64,000 nucleotides of DNA from Chloroflexota bacterium (GCA_965261345.1 OZ253449.1:1763317-1827316), one strand, 5' to 3'. Counted from the stretch's first letter, positions 28,335 through 38,150 are shown. Numbers and translations are program-made. The notes: a model not told the origin generated them from the letters alone.

Positions 28335-29948
28335 TTGCGCTCATCCCGGGCCGAAAAAGGTTCAACAAATGCCCTCCCGGACGCCCCGACGTTGACTGAC
28401 AACCAGGCGTCTTCGTCGGCCGAGCGCCAACTCGAATGCGATCTTCTGATCGTCGGAACGGGTCTGGCGGGCCTGGTTACGGCACTGGCGGCGGCACCGC
28501 ATCTGCGAGTCCTCATTATCACCAAGTCGAGCGCCGACGAATCCAATACCTATTACGCCCAGGGCGGGATCGCCGCTGCGATCGGAGTCGATGATTCGCC
28601 CGAGCAGCACTACCGCGACACCATCAACGTCGGGGCTGAAATCTCCAACCGCTCGGCGGTCCGGGCATTGGTCGACAGCGCCCGCGCGGCGATCGCCGAC
28701 CTGGTCAATCACGGGGTTGCCTTCGACACCCAGGGTCAGGAGCTGGCACGTGGCCTGGAGGCGGCCCATTCGGTCCCGCGAATACTCCATTCGGGCGGGG
28801 CGGCCACCGGATTGGCGATCTCGACCGCGTTGCTGGCGGCGGCTCGCGCCGGTGGAATCGAGATAGTCGAATACGCGCAGATGCTCGATCTACTGTTGAC
28901 CGACGGACAGTGCTCCGGCGCTCGGGTTCTGCTGACCACCACGGGCGAGCAGCTCCGCTGCCGGGCCCCGGTGACGGTGCTGGCCACCGGCGGGGCCGGA
29001 CAGTTGTATTCACGCACCTCCAATCCGGAAGTTGCCACCGGCGACGGCGTAGCCGCGGCCCTACGTGCCGGGACGACCGTCACCAATCTGGAATTTATGC
29101 AATTTCATCCAACCGCCCTGGCAATCGCCGGACGCCCGGCGCACCTTCTCTCGGAAGCCCTACGCGGGCGGGGTGCCCAAATCATCGACCGGTTGGGGCA
29201 ACACTTCTTGCAGGATGCCGATCCACGCGGCGAGTTGGCGCCGCGCGACATCGTGGCCCGGGCCATCGCCCATCGCCTGGCCCGGCTCGGAGCCGGCTCG
29301 GTGCTGCTCGATGCGTCCAAGCTTGCCGGCGACCCGCCCTCACGACAGTTCCCGCTGCTTTGGCGATCGGTTAACGAATTCGGGATCGACATCGACCGCG
29401 AACCGGTTCCGGTGGCCCCGGTGGCTCACTACTTGATCGGCGGGATTCGCACCGACGACTTTGGGCGTACCAGCCTGCCGGGCCTGTACGCCGCCGGTGA
29501 GTCGGCCTCAACCGGCGCCCACGGGGCCAACCGGTTGGCCTCAAACTCGTTGCTCGAGGCGGTGGTTTTTGCCCGTCGGGTGGCCGACCAGGTTATCAAC
29601 GATGCCGATTGGCAGGATCGGCAGGTTACCGGCGCGCGCGCGGTTGCCGTGGGGAGCAGCCCAATCCCGATCGATCGATCGGCGCTCCAGAAGGTAATGT
29701 GGAATGATGTCGGGATATTTCGCAGCGGAAACGGGCTCCTAAATGCCTTCGATCGACTCTCGGCCATGGCGGCAACCCCTCCGACCTCCACTCCCGACGG
29801 ATGCGAGGACGCCAATTTGGCTCTGGTGGGCATGATGATGGCCCGGGCCGCCCTGGACCGGACCGAAAGCAGAGGGACCCACTATCGCCGCGATTACCCC
29901 GCCACTGATCGCGGGCAGGCGATTGCCAACTCCTGGCGACTCGGATGA
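28335..29948 (+). CDS. nadB: L-aspartate oxidase
   Basis: DLLIVGTGLAGL FAD fold and the succinate-dehydrogenase/fumarate-reductase flavoprotein-like core. The TTG at 28392 is a more plausible start than 28335, which is only 16 nt from the moxR start. Confidence 0.9.
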   Translation: MRSSRAEKGSTNALPDAPTLTDNQASSSAERQLECDLLIVGTGLAGLVTALAAAPHLRVLIITKSSADESNTYYAQGGIAAAIGVDDSPEQHYRDTINVGAEISNRSAVRALVDSARAAIADLVNHGVAFDTQGQELARGLEAAHSVPRILHSGGAATGLAISTALLAAARAGGIEIVEYAQMLDLLLTDGQCSGARVLLTTTGEQLRCRAPVTVLATGGAGQLYSRTSNPEVATGDGVAAALRAGTTVTNLEFMQFHPTALAIAGRPAHLLSEALRGRGAQIIDRLGQHFLQDADPRGELAPRDIVARAIAHRLARLGAGSVLLDASKLAGDPPSRQFPLLWRSVNEFGIDIDREPVPVAPVAHYLIGGIRTDDFGRTSLPGLYAAGESASTGAHGANRLASNSLLEAVVFARRVADQVINDADWQDRQVTGARAVAVGSSPIPIDRSALQKVMWNDVGIFRSGNGLLNAFDRLSAMAATPPTSTPDGCEDANLALVGMMMARAALDRTESRGTHYRRDYPATDRGQAIANSWRLG

Positions 29949-30859
29949 ACGGCGTGCATGCTTTCGGGGCGGCGAGCATGGGAGGGCCGGCCGATGCCGT
30001 TAGGTCCTGCGGGCTTGACCCGGATGAGACCTTGCCGTTCCTGCGGCAGATCCTAAGCGAAGATGTTGGCGGCGGCGACATTACCTCCAACGCCGTGATA
30101 CCGTCCGCCGCCAGCGGGGAATTTGCGGTCGTGGCCAAATCCCAGGGAACCCTGGCCGGCGTCCCGCTGGCGGCGGCGATTTTCTGGATCCAGGACCGGC
30201 GGTTGGAGATTGAACTGCCGATCGCCGACGGCGCCTCGGTCAAAAGCGGGGATATCCTGCTGACAGTGGCTGGTTCGGTGCGCTCGATCCTGGCGGCCGA
30301 ACGGGTGGCGCTCAACCTGCTGGGCCGGCTTTCAGGGATCGCCAGCCTCACCGCCCGCTTCGTGGCTCAGGTCGCCGCCAGCCGGGCCCGGGTGCTCGAT
30401 ACGCGGAAGACCGGGTTGGGCACGCGGATGCTTGACAAGTACGCGGTGCGCTGCGGCGGTGGGACCAATCATCGGATCGGGCTCTTCGACGCGGTCCTGG
30501 TAAAGGACAACCACATTGCCGCATCCGGTTCGATCGCCGCCGCAGTGGCCCGCCTGCGGGCGGGCGGGCGGGAAGCTAAGAGCATTGAGGTGGAGTGCGA
30601 CACGATCGACCAGGTCGCCCAATGCCTGGAGTTGGGGGTTGGCCGGATCCTGCTCGACAACATGGACACTGGTCAGATGGCGACGGCGGTCAGGATGAAC
30701 CGGCGACGGTCCGAGCTGGAGGCATCCGGCAGAATCAACCTGCAGACCGCGGCGGCGGTTGCCGCCAGCGGCGTGGACTACCTATCGGTGGGAGCGATCA
30801 CCCACTCGGCGCCGGCTCTTGACGTGGGCTTGAACGCCCTTCCAGGGCCAGCATCCTGA
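29945..30859 (+). CDS. nadC: nicotinate-nucleotide diphosphorylase (carboxylating)
   Basis: QPRTase signatures (DTRKT.PG.R.L.KYAV..GGG.NHR.GL.D..L.KDNH). Its start overlaps the nadB stop. Confidence 0.9.
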   Translation: MNGVHAFGAASMGGPADAVRSCGLDPDETLPFLRQILSEDVGGGDITSNAVIPSAASGEFAVVAKSQGTLAGVPLAAAIFWIQDRRLEIELPIADGASVKSGDILLTVAGSVRSILAAERVALNLLGRLSGIASLTARFVAQVAASRARVLDTRKTGLGTRMLDKYAVRCGGGTNHRIGLFDAVLVKDNHIAASGSIAAAVARLRAGGREAKSIEVECDTIDQVAQCLELGVGRILLDNMDTGQMATAVRMNRRRSELEASGRINLQTAAAVAASGVDYLSVGAITHSAPALDVGLNALPGPAS

Positions 30860-31343
30860 CCTTGAGCTGCGACCCCAGCCGGTATCCGCCAATCCCACCG
30901 CCGGCTGGCAACACGCGGTGGCAGGGCACCAGCGGCGGGGCGGGATTGGCCCCCACGGCGTTGCCGACCGCCCGAGCGTAACCGCGCGGCAGACCCAGCG
31001 CCGCGGCCAGCTGCGAATAGCTGACGGTTGTACCGGGTCCGACCTTTAGCAGCTCCGCCCAGACCCGTTTCTGAAAATCGGTCCCCAGCAGGTCGAATTC
31101 GAGCGGGAGGGGCGCCCGGCCGTCCAGGAATCGACCGATCGCGGAAAGCCCGCGGGCGGCTTGGGCCGGGCAGTCGGCCCGACCGACCAGCGCCGCGGCA
31201 AGGCGGTCGATGATCGGTTGCGGCTCCCGCTGGGCGAATTCGATGGCGGTGATTCCGCCCGCGCTGGCGGCGACGCCACACCACCCCCAATCGGGCCAGT
31301 GGTTGATCGCAACCCCTGAAGGTAGATCCGAACTGGGCATCAA
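30798..31343 (-). CDS. ogt: methylated-DNA--protein-cysteine methyltransferase
   Basis: PCHRVL active site and the VSYSQLA helix. 62-nt convergent overlap with nadC. Confidence 0.85.
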   Translation of the reverse strand: MMPSSDLPSGVAINHWPDWGWCGVAASAGGITAIEFAQREPQPIIDRLAAALVGRADCPAQAARGLSAIGRFLDGRAPLPLEFDLLGTDFQKRVWAELLKVGPGTTVSYSQLAAALGLPRGYARAVGNAVGANPAPPLVPCHRVLPAGGGIGGYRLGSQLKVRMLALEGRSSPRQEPAPSG

Positions 31344-31375
31344 AACCTCTGCCCCGGCGGCGGAGCGGTCGATCT

Positions 31376-32317
31376 TTAGGCCGCCGTAGCTCCGGGAACC
31401 GGGACCGAATCGAGGATGTCGCCCACGGTGGCACGGGTGTCCAGGTTGCGGATGCGGGCCGCCGGCGACACGATCAAGCGGTGCGCCAATACCGCCGCCG
31501 CCAGGTATTTGACATCGTCGGGAATCACGTAGTCGCGGCCCCGGAAGTCGGCTAAAGTCTGTGAACCGCGGAACAGCGCCAACACCGCGCGGGTGCTGCC
31601 GCCCAAATACAGGTCGGGATGCGAACGGGTGCTGCGAACGACATCGACCAAGTATTCGCGCACACGCTGATCGACGTAGACATCGCGGATCGCCGTCTGC
31701 GCGGCTTGCAGCTCATCCGCGGTTACAACCTGGCCGATCTCTTCGATCGGACTGCGGTGCAACTGCGACTCGATGATGTCCAGTTCGGCCTGGCGGTCGG
31801 CGTAGCCCAGGGTGATGCGCATGAAAAAACGGTCAAGCTGTGACTCGGGCAGCGGGAAGGTGCCTTCGTATTCGATCGGGTTTTCGGTCGCCATTACCAA
31901 AAAGGGATTGGGCAATTTATAGGACGTTCCGTCGACGGTGACCTGACGTTCGTCCATCGCCTCGAGCAGCGCCGCCTGGGTCTTGGGGGTCGCTCGATTG
32001 ACCTCGTCGGCGAGCACGATCTGGGCGTGGATTGGCCCTGGTCGGAATTCGAATTCCTGGTTTTTCTGATTGAATATCGAGACGCCGGATATATCCGATG
32101 GGAGCATGTCAGGGGTAAATTGCACCCGCGAAAAGGTGCTCCCGATGGACTGGGCGAAGGCTTTTGCCAATGTCGTTTTCCCGACCCCGGGTACGTCTTC
32201 AATCAGGACGTGACCTTGGCTGATTAATGCCACCAAGACAAGTTCAACCTCGGCTTTCTTGCCCAAAATCACCTTTTCGACGTTGGCGATCACGCGACCG
32301 GCGATGTCAGACTGCAA
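31376..32317 (-). CDS. MoxR-family AAA+ ATPase (second paralog)
   Basis: [28 protein letters not shown] and LVMATENP motifs. 313 aa. No adjacent DUF58/vWA gene. Confidence 0.9.
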   Translation of the reverse strand: MQSDIAGRVIANVEKVILGKKAEVELVLVALISQGHVLIEDVPGVGKTTLAKAFAQSIGSTFSRVQFTPDMLPSDISGVSIFNQKNQEFEFRPGPIHAQIVLADEVNRATPKTQAALLEAMDERQVTVDGTSYKLPNPFLVMATENPIEYEGTFPLPESQLDRFFMRITLGYADRQAELDIIESQLHRSPIEEIGQVVTADELQAAQTAIRDVYVDQRVREYLVDVVRSTRSHPDLYLGGSTRAVLALFRGSQTLADFRGRDYVIPDDVKYLAAAVLAHRLIVSPAARIRNLDTRATVGDILDSVPVPGATAA

Positions 32318-32431
32318 GCTCTTTAGCCGTTTCCATTTGTAGTCGGGGCCGCGCGATTCTAGGGGCCGCTGGCCCGCGGGACGCCGGCCAAGTTCCCTCG
32401 ATCGGGAATTTAGCCACTCGCTGCGCGACGC

Positions 32432-33064
32432 TCAAGCGGTTGCCGGCGGATCGAATTCTTCCAGCGCGCGGCGGCAATGGGCGCGATAGCTGGTAAATCG
32501 CGAACCGGGTTCGAACGGTGGTTCGTCGGCCTCGACGGCGCTCAACCCATCCTCGCCGGCCAAGAGTAGGACCCTCGCCTTTAGCAGCGCGTAGGCTGAT
32601 TCCGGATGTTTTTCTCGCAGGTAGGCAAACACCGAGCCGGCGGTCCGCTCAAACCGGGCGACTACGCCGGGGTCGCGAACGAACATTTCGATCTGCCTAA
32701 GCGGGCGGCGCCAACCCTTGCCCATGCGGAAGTCGAGCTGGTCGAGAACGATTCCGGATTCGCCCAGGATCGCACGCAGCTTGAAGGCCAATTCGTCAAG
32801 GGTAAGTGCTTCGACGTCGGTCTGTCGGGCGCGGGCTTCCTCGGCGAGGGCAACCCAGTCGACCTGTACGTCCGGATAGAGCGAGGCGAACTCTTCACTC
32901 AGCTGAGGGGTAATCGTTGGATCGGCGCCCAGGTAGGCCAGGTGGCGGGGTGCCCCCGATGGGCTCGCGGGGTCGTCGGCGATGATCCAGGCCACCCGAA
33001 TCGATTTTTCATAACCGTTGGGCAGGGTCCGCTGCTCGCGGTACCAGACGATTCGCGCCCGCAT
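32432..33064 (-). CDS. hypothetical protein
   Basis: Globular-looking ORF between infC and moxR-2. The track start at 33118 overlaps infC, and M19 (33064) is more likely. No recognisable motif. Confidence 0.4.
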   Translation of the reverse strand: MRARIVWYREQRTLPNGYEKSIRVAWIIADDPASPSGAPRHLAYLGADPTITPQLSEEFASLYPDVQVDWVALAEEARARQTDVEALTLDELAFKLRAILGESGIVLDQLDFRMGKGWRRPLRQIEMFVRDPGVVARFERTAGSVFAYLREKHPESAYALLKARVLLLAGEDGLSAVEADEPPFEPGSRFTSYRAHCRRALEEFDPPATA

Positions 33065-33089
33065 CTTGCGCCTCAATTCCGCCGATCGG

Positions 33090-33635
33090 CTAGTTGTTCC
33101 TCCGCGCCATTGCGCCACGGCTGGGGCCCGGCACCAATATCACCGCGAACGAACCATTGCTCTCAGCCGCGATCGGGTTTTCAACGTGCCCGACATCGTC
33201 GAGTTTGGTAACCACCTTGTTTAACAATTCGGCCGCCAGCTCGGGGTATACACGTTCACGGCCGCGCATCCGCACAGTGGCCTTAACCTTGGCGCCAGCG
33301 CTTAGAAACTTGGACATGCGCCGCAATTTGGTGTCGATGTCCTGGTCTGAGGTCACCGGTCGAAAGCGAACTTCCTTCACGTCGCCGGACCGCTGGTTCT
33401 TGCGGTTGCTTCGATCTTTCCGCTCTTGCCGATAACGGTACTTGCCGTAATCGAGAAATTTAGCGACCGGCGGCGAGGCATTGGGCGCCACCTCCACCAG
33501 GTCAAGCCCTTTCTGGCGGGCCAACGATAAAGCGTTGATGGTTGGCATCACGCCTAATTTCTGGTTTTGGTCATCAATTAATAGGACTTCGCGGTGCATG
33601 ATGCTGTCGTTTATGCGAAGTTCCTTCGAACTCAT
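33090..33635 (-). CDS. infC: translation initiation factor IF-3
   Basis: INDSIMHREVLLIDDQNQKLGVM N-domain and the C-domain KEVRFRP...IDTKL. ATG start (not AUU) with AGGAG upstream. Confidence 0.9.
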   Translation of the reverse strand: MSSKELRINDSIMHREVLLIDDQNQKLGVMPTINALSLARQKGLDLVEVAPNASPPVAKFLDYGKYRYRQERKDRSNRKNQRSGDVKEVRFRPVTSDQDIDTKLRRMSKFLSAGAKVKATVRMRGRERVYPELAAELLNKVVTKLDDVGHVENPIAAESNGSFAVILVPGPSRGAMARRNN

Positions 33636-33823
33636 GCTCGTGGGGTGCTCCTAATTCCTTAAACCTTCCGCGGCCAAGGGCCGTCATTGAATATCCCATA
33701 TTGGCGAAAATACCAGACGATTGCCAGTGGACCGAACAAAAATAGAGATCGACGCTCGATCGAAAACTTAAAGTCACGCAACTGGGCAGCGCGTTTATTG
33801 GACCAAATGTCGATTTACGCATT

Positions 33824-36172
33824 TTGCGTGGCCGGCCGCGGCATGATTCAGGCGGCAAGCCTGGTTTGGCGATGAAGTCGCTCCAGGCCTCGCTGCGACG
33901 TGGGATACCCAATAACACCTCGACCAACGTCGTTAGCATAACGACCCCGTTGCGGCGCAAGCGCCTGGGTGCGCTCAACCTCCTGGTGGAGGGCGCTAAC
34001 CCGTCGATGCGCCATACCTTCGGTAACTCCCTAGTTTCGGCATACTATCGCCAAAGCGGCGAATCGATCGAAGCCAACGTGGCCCTGGCGACCCGCACCG
34101 CTTTGTCGGCCGCCGAAGGCCAGCGGCGCGAGGATGACCGGTCCGAACTCGGGTTTTCGCTGGCGATCGCTACCGATCAGATGCTGCACATATTTCAGTT
34201 GCCGCCGGCACTGGCCTTTTTTGTTCGGGGCGGGCAGGCCGCTCTGCTTCCGCCCACGGGGCCCGGCGCCGCGGCGCTGGGGCGGGTCGATCGAAGCGTG
34301 GAGCATTACTCGACAGCGCTTGAACCCGACGATGTTGTGGTGCTGGTTAATTCGTCGGCTGGGGCAGCGGTATCGAACCACGAGGTCAGTTCCCTGTATT
34401 CGCGCCGGCAATCGGCCATGTCGCCCGTGCAATTGGTTCTGCTGCTGCGGCGCCGCGGGGTTACCGATTGTGACGTTATGGTCCTGCATTCGCCCACACT
34501 GCCGCCGCCACCGGCCGCCAGGCCCGAAATGCGGCAGCGGTTGGTGCCCGAATGGCGGCGGCGGCCGGTGGCCGAAAGGGTCCACCCGGGCATCGAGGAC
34601 GCGGATCCGGTCGAATTGCTGCTCGCCGACGAAGCGCGTGCGGTCGTGGTTGGAGCCCGCGCCGAGCGAACTTCCGGTGTCCGCACGCCAGGTCGTTTGA
34701 ATGCCCTTGCCAATCCCGGTGCTCGGGCGCGCGGTGCCCGGTCGGGTTCGGGGTGGTCGCCGATCACCAGGATCCGGCGGCTGTTGTTTGGTGAACCGCG
34801 ACCGATCGCGGTGGAGGATTCGTACGTTGCCGAATTGGCCAGCCGGAACCGCGTGGACAGCTCGGCCGAACAGCCGGTGCGCGACCTTTTTGAGGAATTG
34901 CCGGGTACCGACGTTGAATCTACGTTCGGTGGCCTCAGCAGCGAGACGCTCGCGCGGCGACGAAACCCCGGACGCCGGCTTGGACTGGGCGCCGCGCTTT
35001 TTGTCCTGGCGTTTGCGGTCTTATTGCTGGTCGTGCTCATTACCGGGTTGCGAACCCCGAACGAGTCGGCCGTGCCAAGCCCGTTCCAACCGGTAGTTTC
35101 CAGCCCCGCTCCGGCGGCGGTCGAGGGGGTGGGCGGTGGACAGGGGTTCACCCGCGCGCAGGAAATCCTCGCCGACGCCGGTGGTCAAACCGACGACGGC
35201 CAGGCCTTGGTATTGCTGCTGGAAGCCCAGAGCCAAGCGCGCCTGGCTGCCGACCTGGGCGCCAGCCAGGCTGATGTCGATGCCCTCCTGGCGCAAATAG
35301 CTCAGGAGCAGGACCGGCGCAACCGCGTATACCGGCTGGCCACCAGCCGAACTTTGGGCGACCTGGGTGGTGATATTGGCCGCGCCCGCGGCAATCAGCT
35401 GGAGGCGGTTGGCGGGGTTTATTACGTTCTCTCCGGTGCCGGCAACGAGCTCATCGAGATCGCTGAACCGGGCGTCGCCCAGGTGGCGCAACTGGACGGA
35501 ACGGCCATCGCTGGCCAGGAGCTGACAGCGCTGGTGGCGCGCCCGCTGGGGTTGCTGTTGATCTCGGCTCAGGGCACGATCCTAAACATCGAACCCGACA
35601 CAACCCCTGCCCGTCTGGTGGTCCTGGATCCCTCTGCCTGGAGCGGATTTGTCGATGTCGACAACTTCCAAAACAACCTCTACCGGCTGCAGCCGGAACT
35701 CAACCAGATCTTCAAATACACGCCGACGACGCTTGGCTATGAACTTGAACCGGTCGATTTCTTCGAACAACCGACCGACATCGGGTCGGCAATCGACATG
35801 GCAATCGACGGCGACATATATCTGCTGTTGGCCGACAACACGATCAAACGGTTACGCGTCGGCCAACAAATTACGTTTGAAGTGTCGGGCATCGACAAAC
35901 CCCTAACCGGGGCTGCACTCATTTATACTGATCAGCGCCTCGAGAGCGTTTACGTGGTTGACGCAGGGTTCAACCGAATCGTTGAATTGGACAAACGGGC
36001 CGGACGTGAAGGTGAGTTTAAGCGCCAGTTCCTCTACACCGGCGCCGACGACTTCTTTGCCGATATCCGTGGAATCTGGGTGGACGAGGTCGCCGGAGTG
36101 ATGGTGGTGCTGGGGTCGGACTCGCTGCGCGAGTTCGTCCTGCCGCCTTTGGCGACCGCGCCGGGCAGCTAG
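33824..36172 (+). CDS. hypothetical membrane-anchored protein: degenerate PP2C-like N-domain, Pro/Arg-rich linker, 1 TM, extracytoplasmic C-terminal domain
   Basis: 782 aa. N-terminal region has PP2C-like motif remnants (DDVVVLVNSSAG; LLLRRRGVTDCDVMVLH resembling the G.DN.T..VV end motif) but lacks the DGxGG metal-binding residues. TM helix LGAALFVLAFAVLLLVVLITGL. C-terminal 400 aa is repeat-rich and propeller-like. Start may be ATG 33872. Confidence 0.55.
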   Translation: MRGRPRHDSGGKPGLAMKSLQASLRRGIPNNTSTNVVSITTPLRRKRLGALNLLVEGANPSMRHTFGNSLVSAYYRQSGESIEANVALATRTALSAAEGQRREDDRSELGFSLAIATDQMLHIFQLPPALAFFVRGGQAALLPPTGPGAAALGRVDRSVEHYSTALEPDDVVVLVNSSAGAAVSNHEVSSLYSRRQSAMSPVQLVLLLRRRGVTDCDVMVLHSPTLPPPPAARPEMRQRLVPEWRRRPVAERVHPGIEDADPVELLLADEARAVVVGARAERTSGVRTPGRLNALANPGARARGARSGSGWSPITRIRRLLFGEPRPIAVEDSYVAELASRNRVDSSAEQPVRDLFEELPGTDVESTFGGLSSETLARRRNPGRRLGLGAALFVLAFAVLLLVVLITGLRTPNESAVPSPFQPVVSSPAPAAVEGVGGGQGFTRAQEILADAGGQTDDGQALVLLLEAQSQARLAADLGASQADVDALLAQIAQEQDRRNRVYRLATSRTLGDLGGDIGRARGNQLEAVGGVYYVLSGAGNELIEIAEPGVAQVAQLDGTAIAGQELTALVARPLGLLLISAQGTILNIEPDTTPARLVVLDPSAWSGFVDVDNFQNNLYRLQPELNQIFKYTPTTLGYELEPVDFFEQPTDIGSAIDMAIDGDIYLLLADNTIKRLRVGQQITFEVSGIDKPLTGAALIYTDQRLESVYVVDAGFNRIVELDKRAGREGEFKRQFLYTGADDFFADIRGIWVDEVAGVMVVLGSDSLREFVLPPLATAPGS

Positions 36173-36184
36173 CCTTCCCACCGG

Positions 36185-36255
36185 AGCAGGCAGCGGGAAT
36201 CGAACCCGCCTCTCAACCTTGGGAAGGTCGCGTTCTACCAATGAACTATGCCTGC
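36185..36255 (-). tRNA. tRNA-Gly (anticodon CCC)
   Basis: Cloverleaf read by hand: acceptor GCAGGCA/TGCCTGC, D-arm GTTC/GAAC, anticodon loop TTCCCAA, T-arm GCGGG-TTCGATT-CCCGC, discriminator U. CCA is not encoded. Confidence 0.8.
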
Positions 36256-36392
36256 CGGATACTTGTGGGAAAAATTCTAGGGTTTTTCGCCGCGTCTGGA
36301 CCGCCCCCGGCAATTTTCCAGGTCAGCCACGACAACCCTGCCGGCGCTCCGGCCTCGGGAATGTTTTTGCGCGCCGTTGCAAGGTTTCTCTA

Positions 36393-38150
36393 ATGCTCAA
36401 ACGCGATGCGACTTGTGGTTCGCTAGGTAGCGCCCACGTTGGCTCCAGCGCCACCCTGGGCGGATGGGTTCACCGCCGCCGCGATCATGGCGGCCTCGTA
36501 TTTATCGACTTGCGAGACCGCTACGGTCTCACCCAGGTGGTATTCGACCCAAGTTCAAATCCAAAAGCACACGCGGCCGCCGCCCGCCTGCGCAGCGAAT
36601 GGGTGGTCCTAGTCCACGGCCAGGTCGCGGCGCGCCCGCCGGGAACTGCCAACCCCGATCTGGTGACCGGGCAGATCGAGCTGCACGCCGAACGGTTGGA
36701 AATCGTGAACCCGGCCGAAACTCCCCCGTTTGCCATCGACGACGAGTCGGCCGCCAGCCCCGAGCTGCGTATGCGTTACCGCTATCTTGACCTGCGACAG
36801 CGCGCGCAACGCGAAGTGCTTGAACTACGTCACCGGATAGTCAAACGAATGCGCGATTTTCTCGACCAGCGCCAATTTCTGGAGATCGAGACGCCGTTAC
36901 TGATCAAGTCCACGCCGGAGGGCGCGCGCGATTTCGTAGTTCCCTCGCGCCAGCACAACGGGAGTTTTTACGCACTGCCGCAATCGCCGCAGCAAATGAA
37001 GCAGATTCTCATGATCGCCGGATTGGATCGTTACTTCCAAATTGCCAAGTGCTTTCGCGACGAGGATCCGCGGGCCGATCGAAGCCTTGAATTTACTCAG
37101 CTGGACATTGAAATGGCGTTCGTTGACGGCGAGGACGTGATGGGCCTGGTTGAGGAGCTCTATCGCCAGGTCATTGGCGAATTGTCAAGCAGGCGGCTGC
37201 CGGACAAGCCATTTACGCGAATCGATTACTACGAGTGCCTGGAGCGGTTTGGCAGCGATGCCCCGGACCTGCGCATCCCGATGGAGATCTGTGACCTAAC
37301 CGACCTGACGGCCGACTGCGGATTTCGGGCCTTCGGCGCGGCGACGGCGGCCGGCGGCCGCGTGCGCGGTTTGCGGTTGCCGGGCTGTGCGGCCTATTCG
37401 CGCCGCCAGCTGGACGAATTGACCGAACTTGCCCAATCCGCTGGGGCCCTAGGGGTCGTGTGGTTAGCGCACCGTGAAGCCGGCTACTGGGGCCCCCTGG
37501 CGCGGGTTCTTCAGCCGTCCGAATTAGAACTGATTGCCGACCGGCTCTCGCTCGAGCGGGGCGATCTGGCGGCGATCGTGGCCGATTCCGACGCCGTGAC
37601 CGGCCCGGTCCTTGGATCGCTGCGCGAGCGGATCGGGCAACGCCTGGGCATGCGGGACCCCGATCAGCTCGCCTTTTGTTGGGTGACCGGCTTCCCGCTG
37701 CTTGAGCGCCAAGGTGATGGATTTACGTTTTCGCACAATCCGTTCTGCGGAATGCCGGCGGGTAGCGAGCACCTGCTGGATACCGATCCGGCGGCAGCGC
37801 CCTCGCTTCAGTACGATTTGGTCTGCAACGGGTGGGAGCTGGGTGGCGGATCGATTCGGATCCACGATCCCAAGCTGCAGCGCAAGGTCTTCGGTCTGCT
37901 CGGATATTCCGAGGACGCGATCGAATCCAATTTCGGACCGATGTTGCGGGCGTTCGATTTCGGCGTTCCGCCGCACGGTGGGATTGCCACCGGTATCGAC
38001 CGCTTGGTCATGCTGCTGGCCGGGCGTGATTCGATTCGCGACGTGGTCGCTTTCCCCAAGACTCAGGATGGCGTGGATCTGGCGCAGGCCGCCCCCGGAG
38101 AAATTTCGACCGTCCAGCTCAATGAATTGGGTTTACTGATCAGGGACTAG
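36393..38150 (+). CDS. aspS: aspartate--tRNA ligase
   Basis: Class II aaRS motifs (FRDEDPRADRSLEFTQLDIEMAF; GGGSIRIHD), an N-terminal OB anticodon-binding domain and a GAD insertion. Start ATG 36393 (MLKRD...). The track ORF from 36219 overlaps the tRNA. Confidence 0.95.
   Translation: MLKRDATCGSLGSAHVGSSATLGGWVHRRRDHGGLVFIDLRDRYGLTQVVFDPSSNPKAHAAAARLRSEWVVLVHGQVAARPPGTANPDLVTGQIELHAERLEIVNPAETPPFAIDDESAASPELRMRYRYLDLRQRAQREVLELRHRIVKRMRDFLDQRQFLEIETPLLIKSTPEGARDFVVPSRQHNGSFYALPQSPQQMKQILMIAGLDRYFQIAKCFRDEDPRADRSLEFTQLDIEMAFVDGEDVMGLVEELYRQVIGELSSRRLPDKPFTRIDYYECLERFGSDAPDLRIPMEICDLTDLTADCGFRAFGAATAAGGRVRGLRLPGCAAYSRRQLDELTELAQSAGALGVVWLAHREAGYWGPLARVLQPSELELIADRLSLERGDLAAIVADSDAVTGPVLGSLRERIGQRLGMRDPDQLAFCWVTGFPLLERQGDGFTFSHNPFCGMPAGSEHLLDTDPAAAPSLQYDLVCNGWELGGGSIRIHDPKLQRKVFGLLGYSEDAIESNFGPMLRAFDFGVPPHGGIATGIDRLVMLLAGRDSIRDVVAFPKTQDGVDLAQAAPGEISTVQLNELGLLIRD

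Noticed and set aside
34306-35151. 281-aa minus-strand ORF inside the 782-aa membrane-anchored protein gene
   Set aside because: Ser/Thr/Arg/Pro-rich antisense artefact. The sense frame shows a TM helix and repeat domain.
36219-36392. Upstream 58 codons of the aspS ORF as given by the ORF track
   Set aside because: This extension runs through the antisense tRNA-Gly gene and has Arg/Cys-rich nonsense composition. The canonical AspRS N-terminus begins at ATG 36393.
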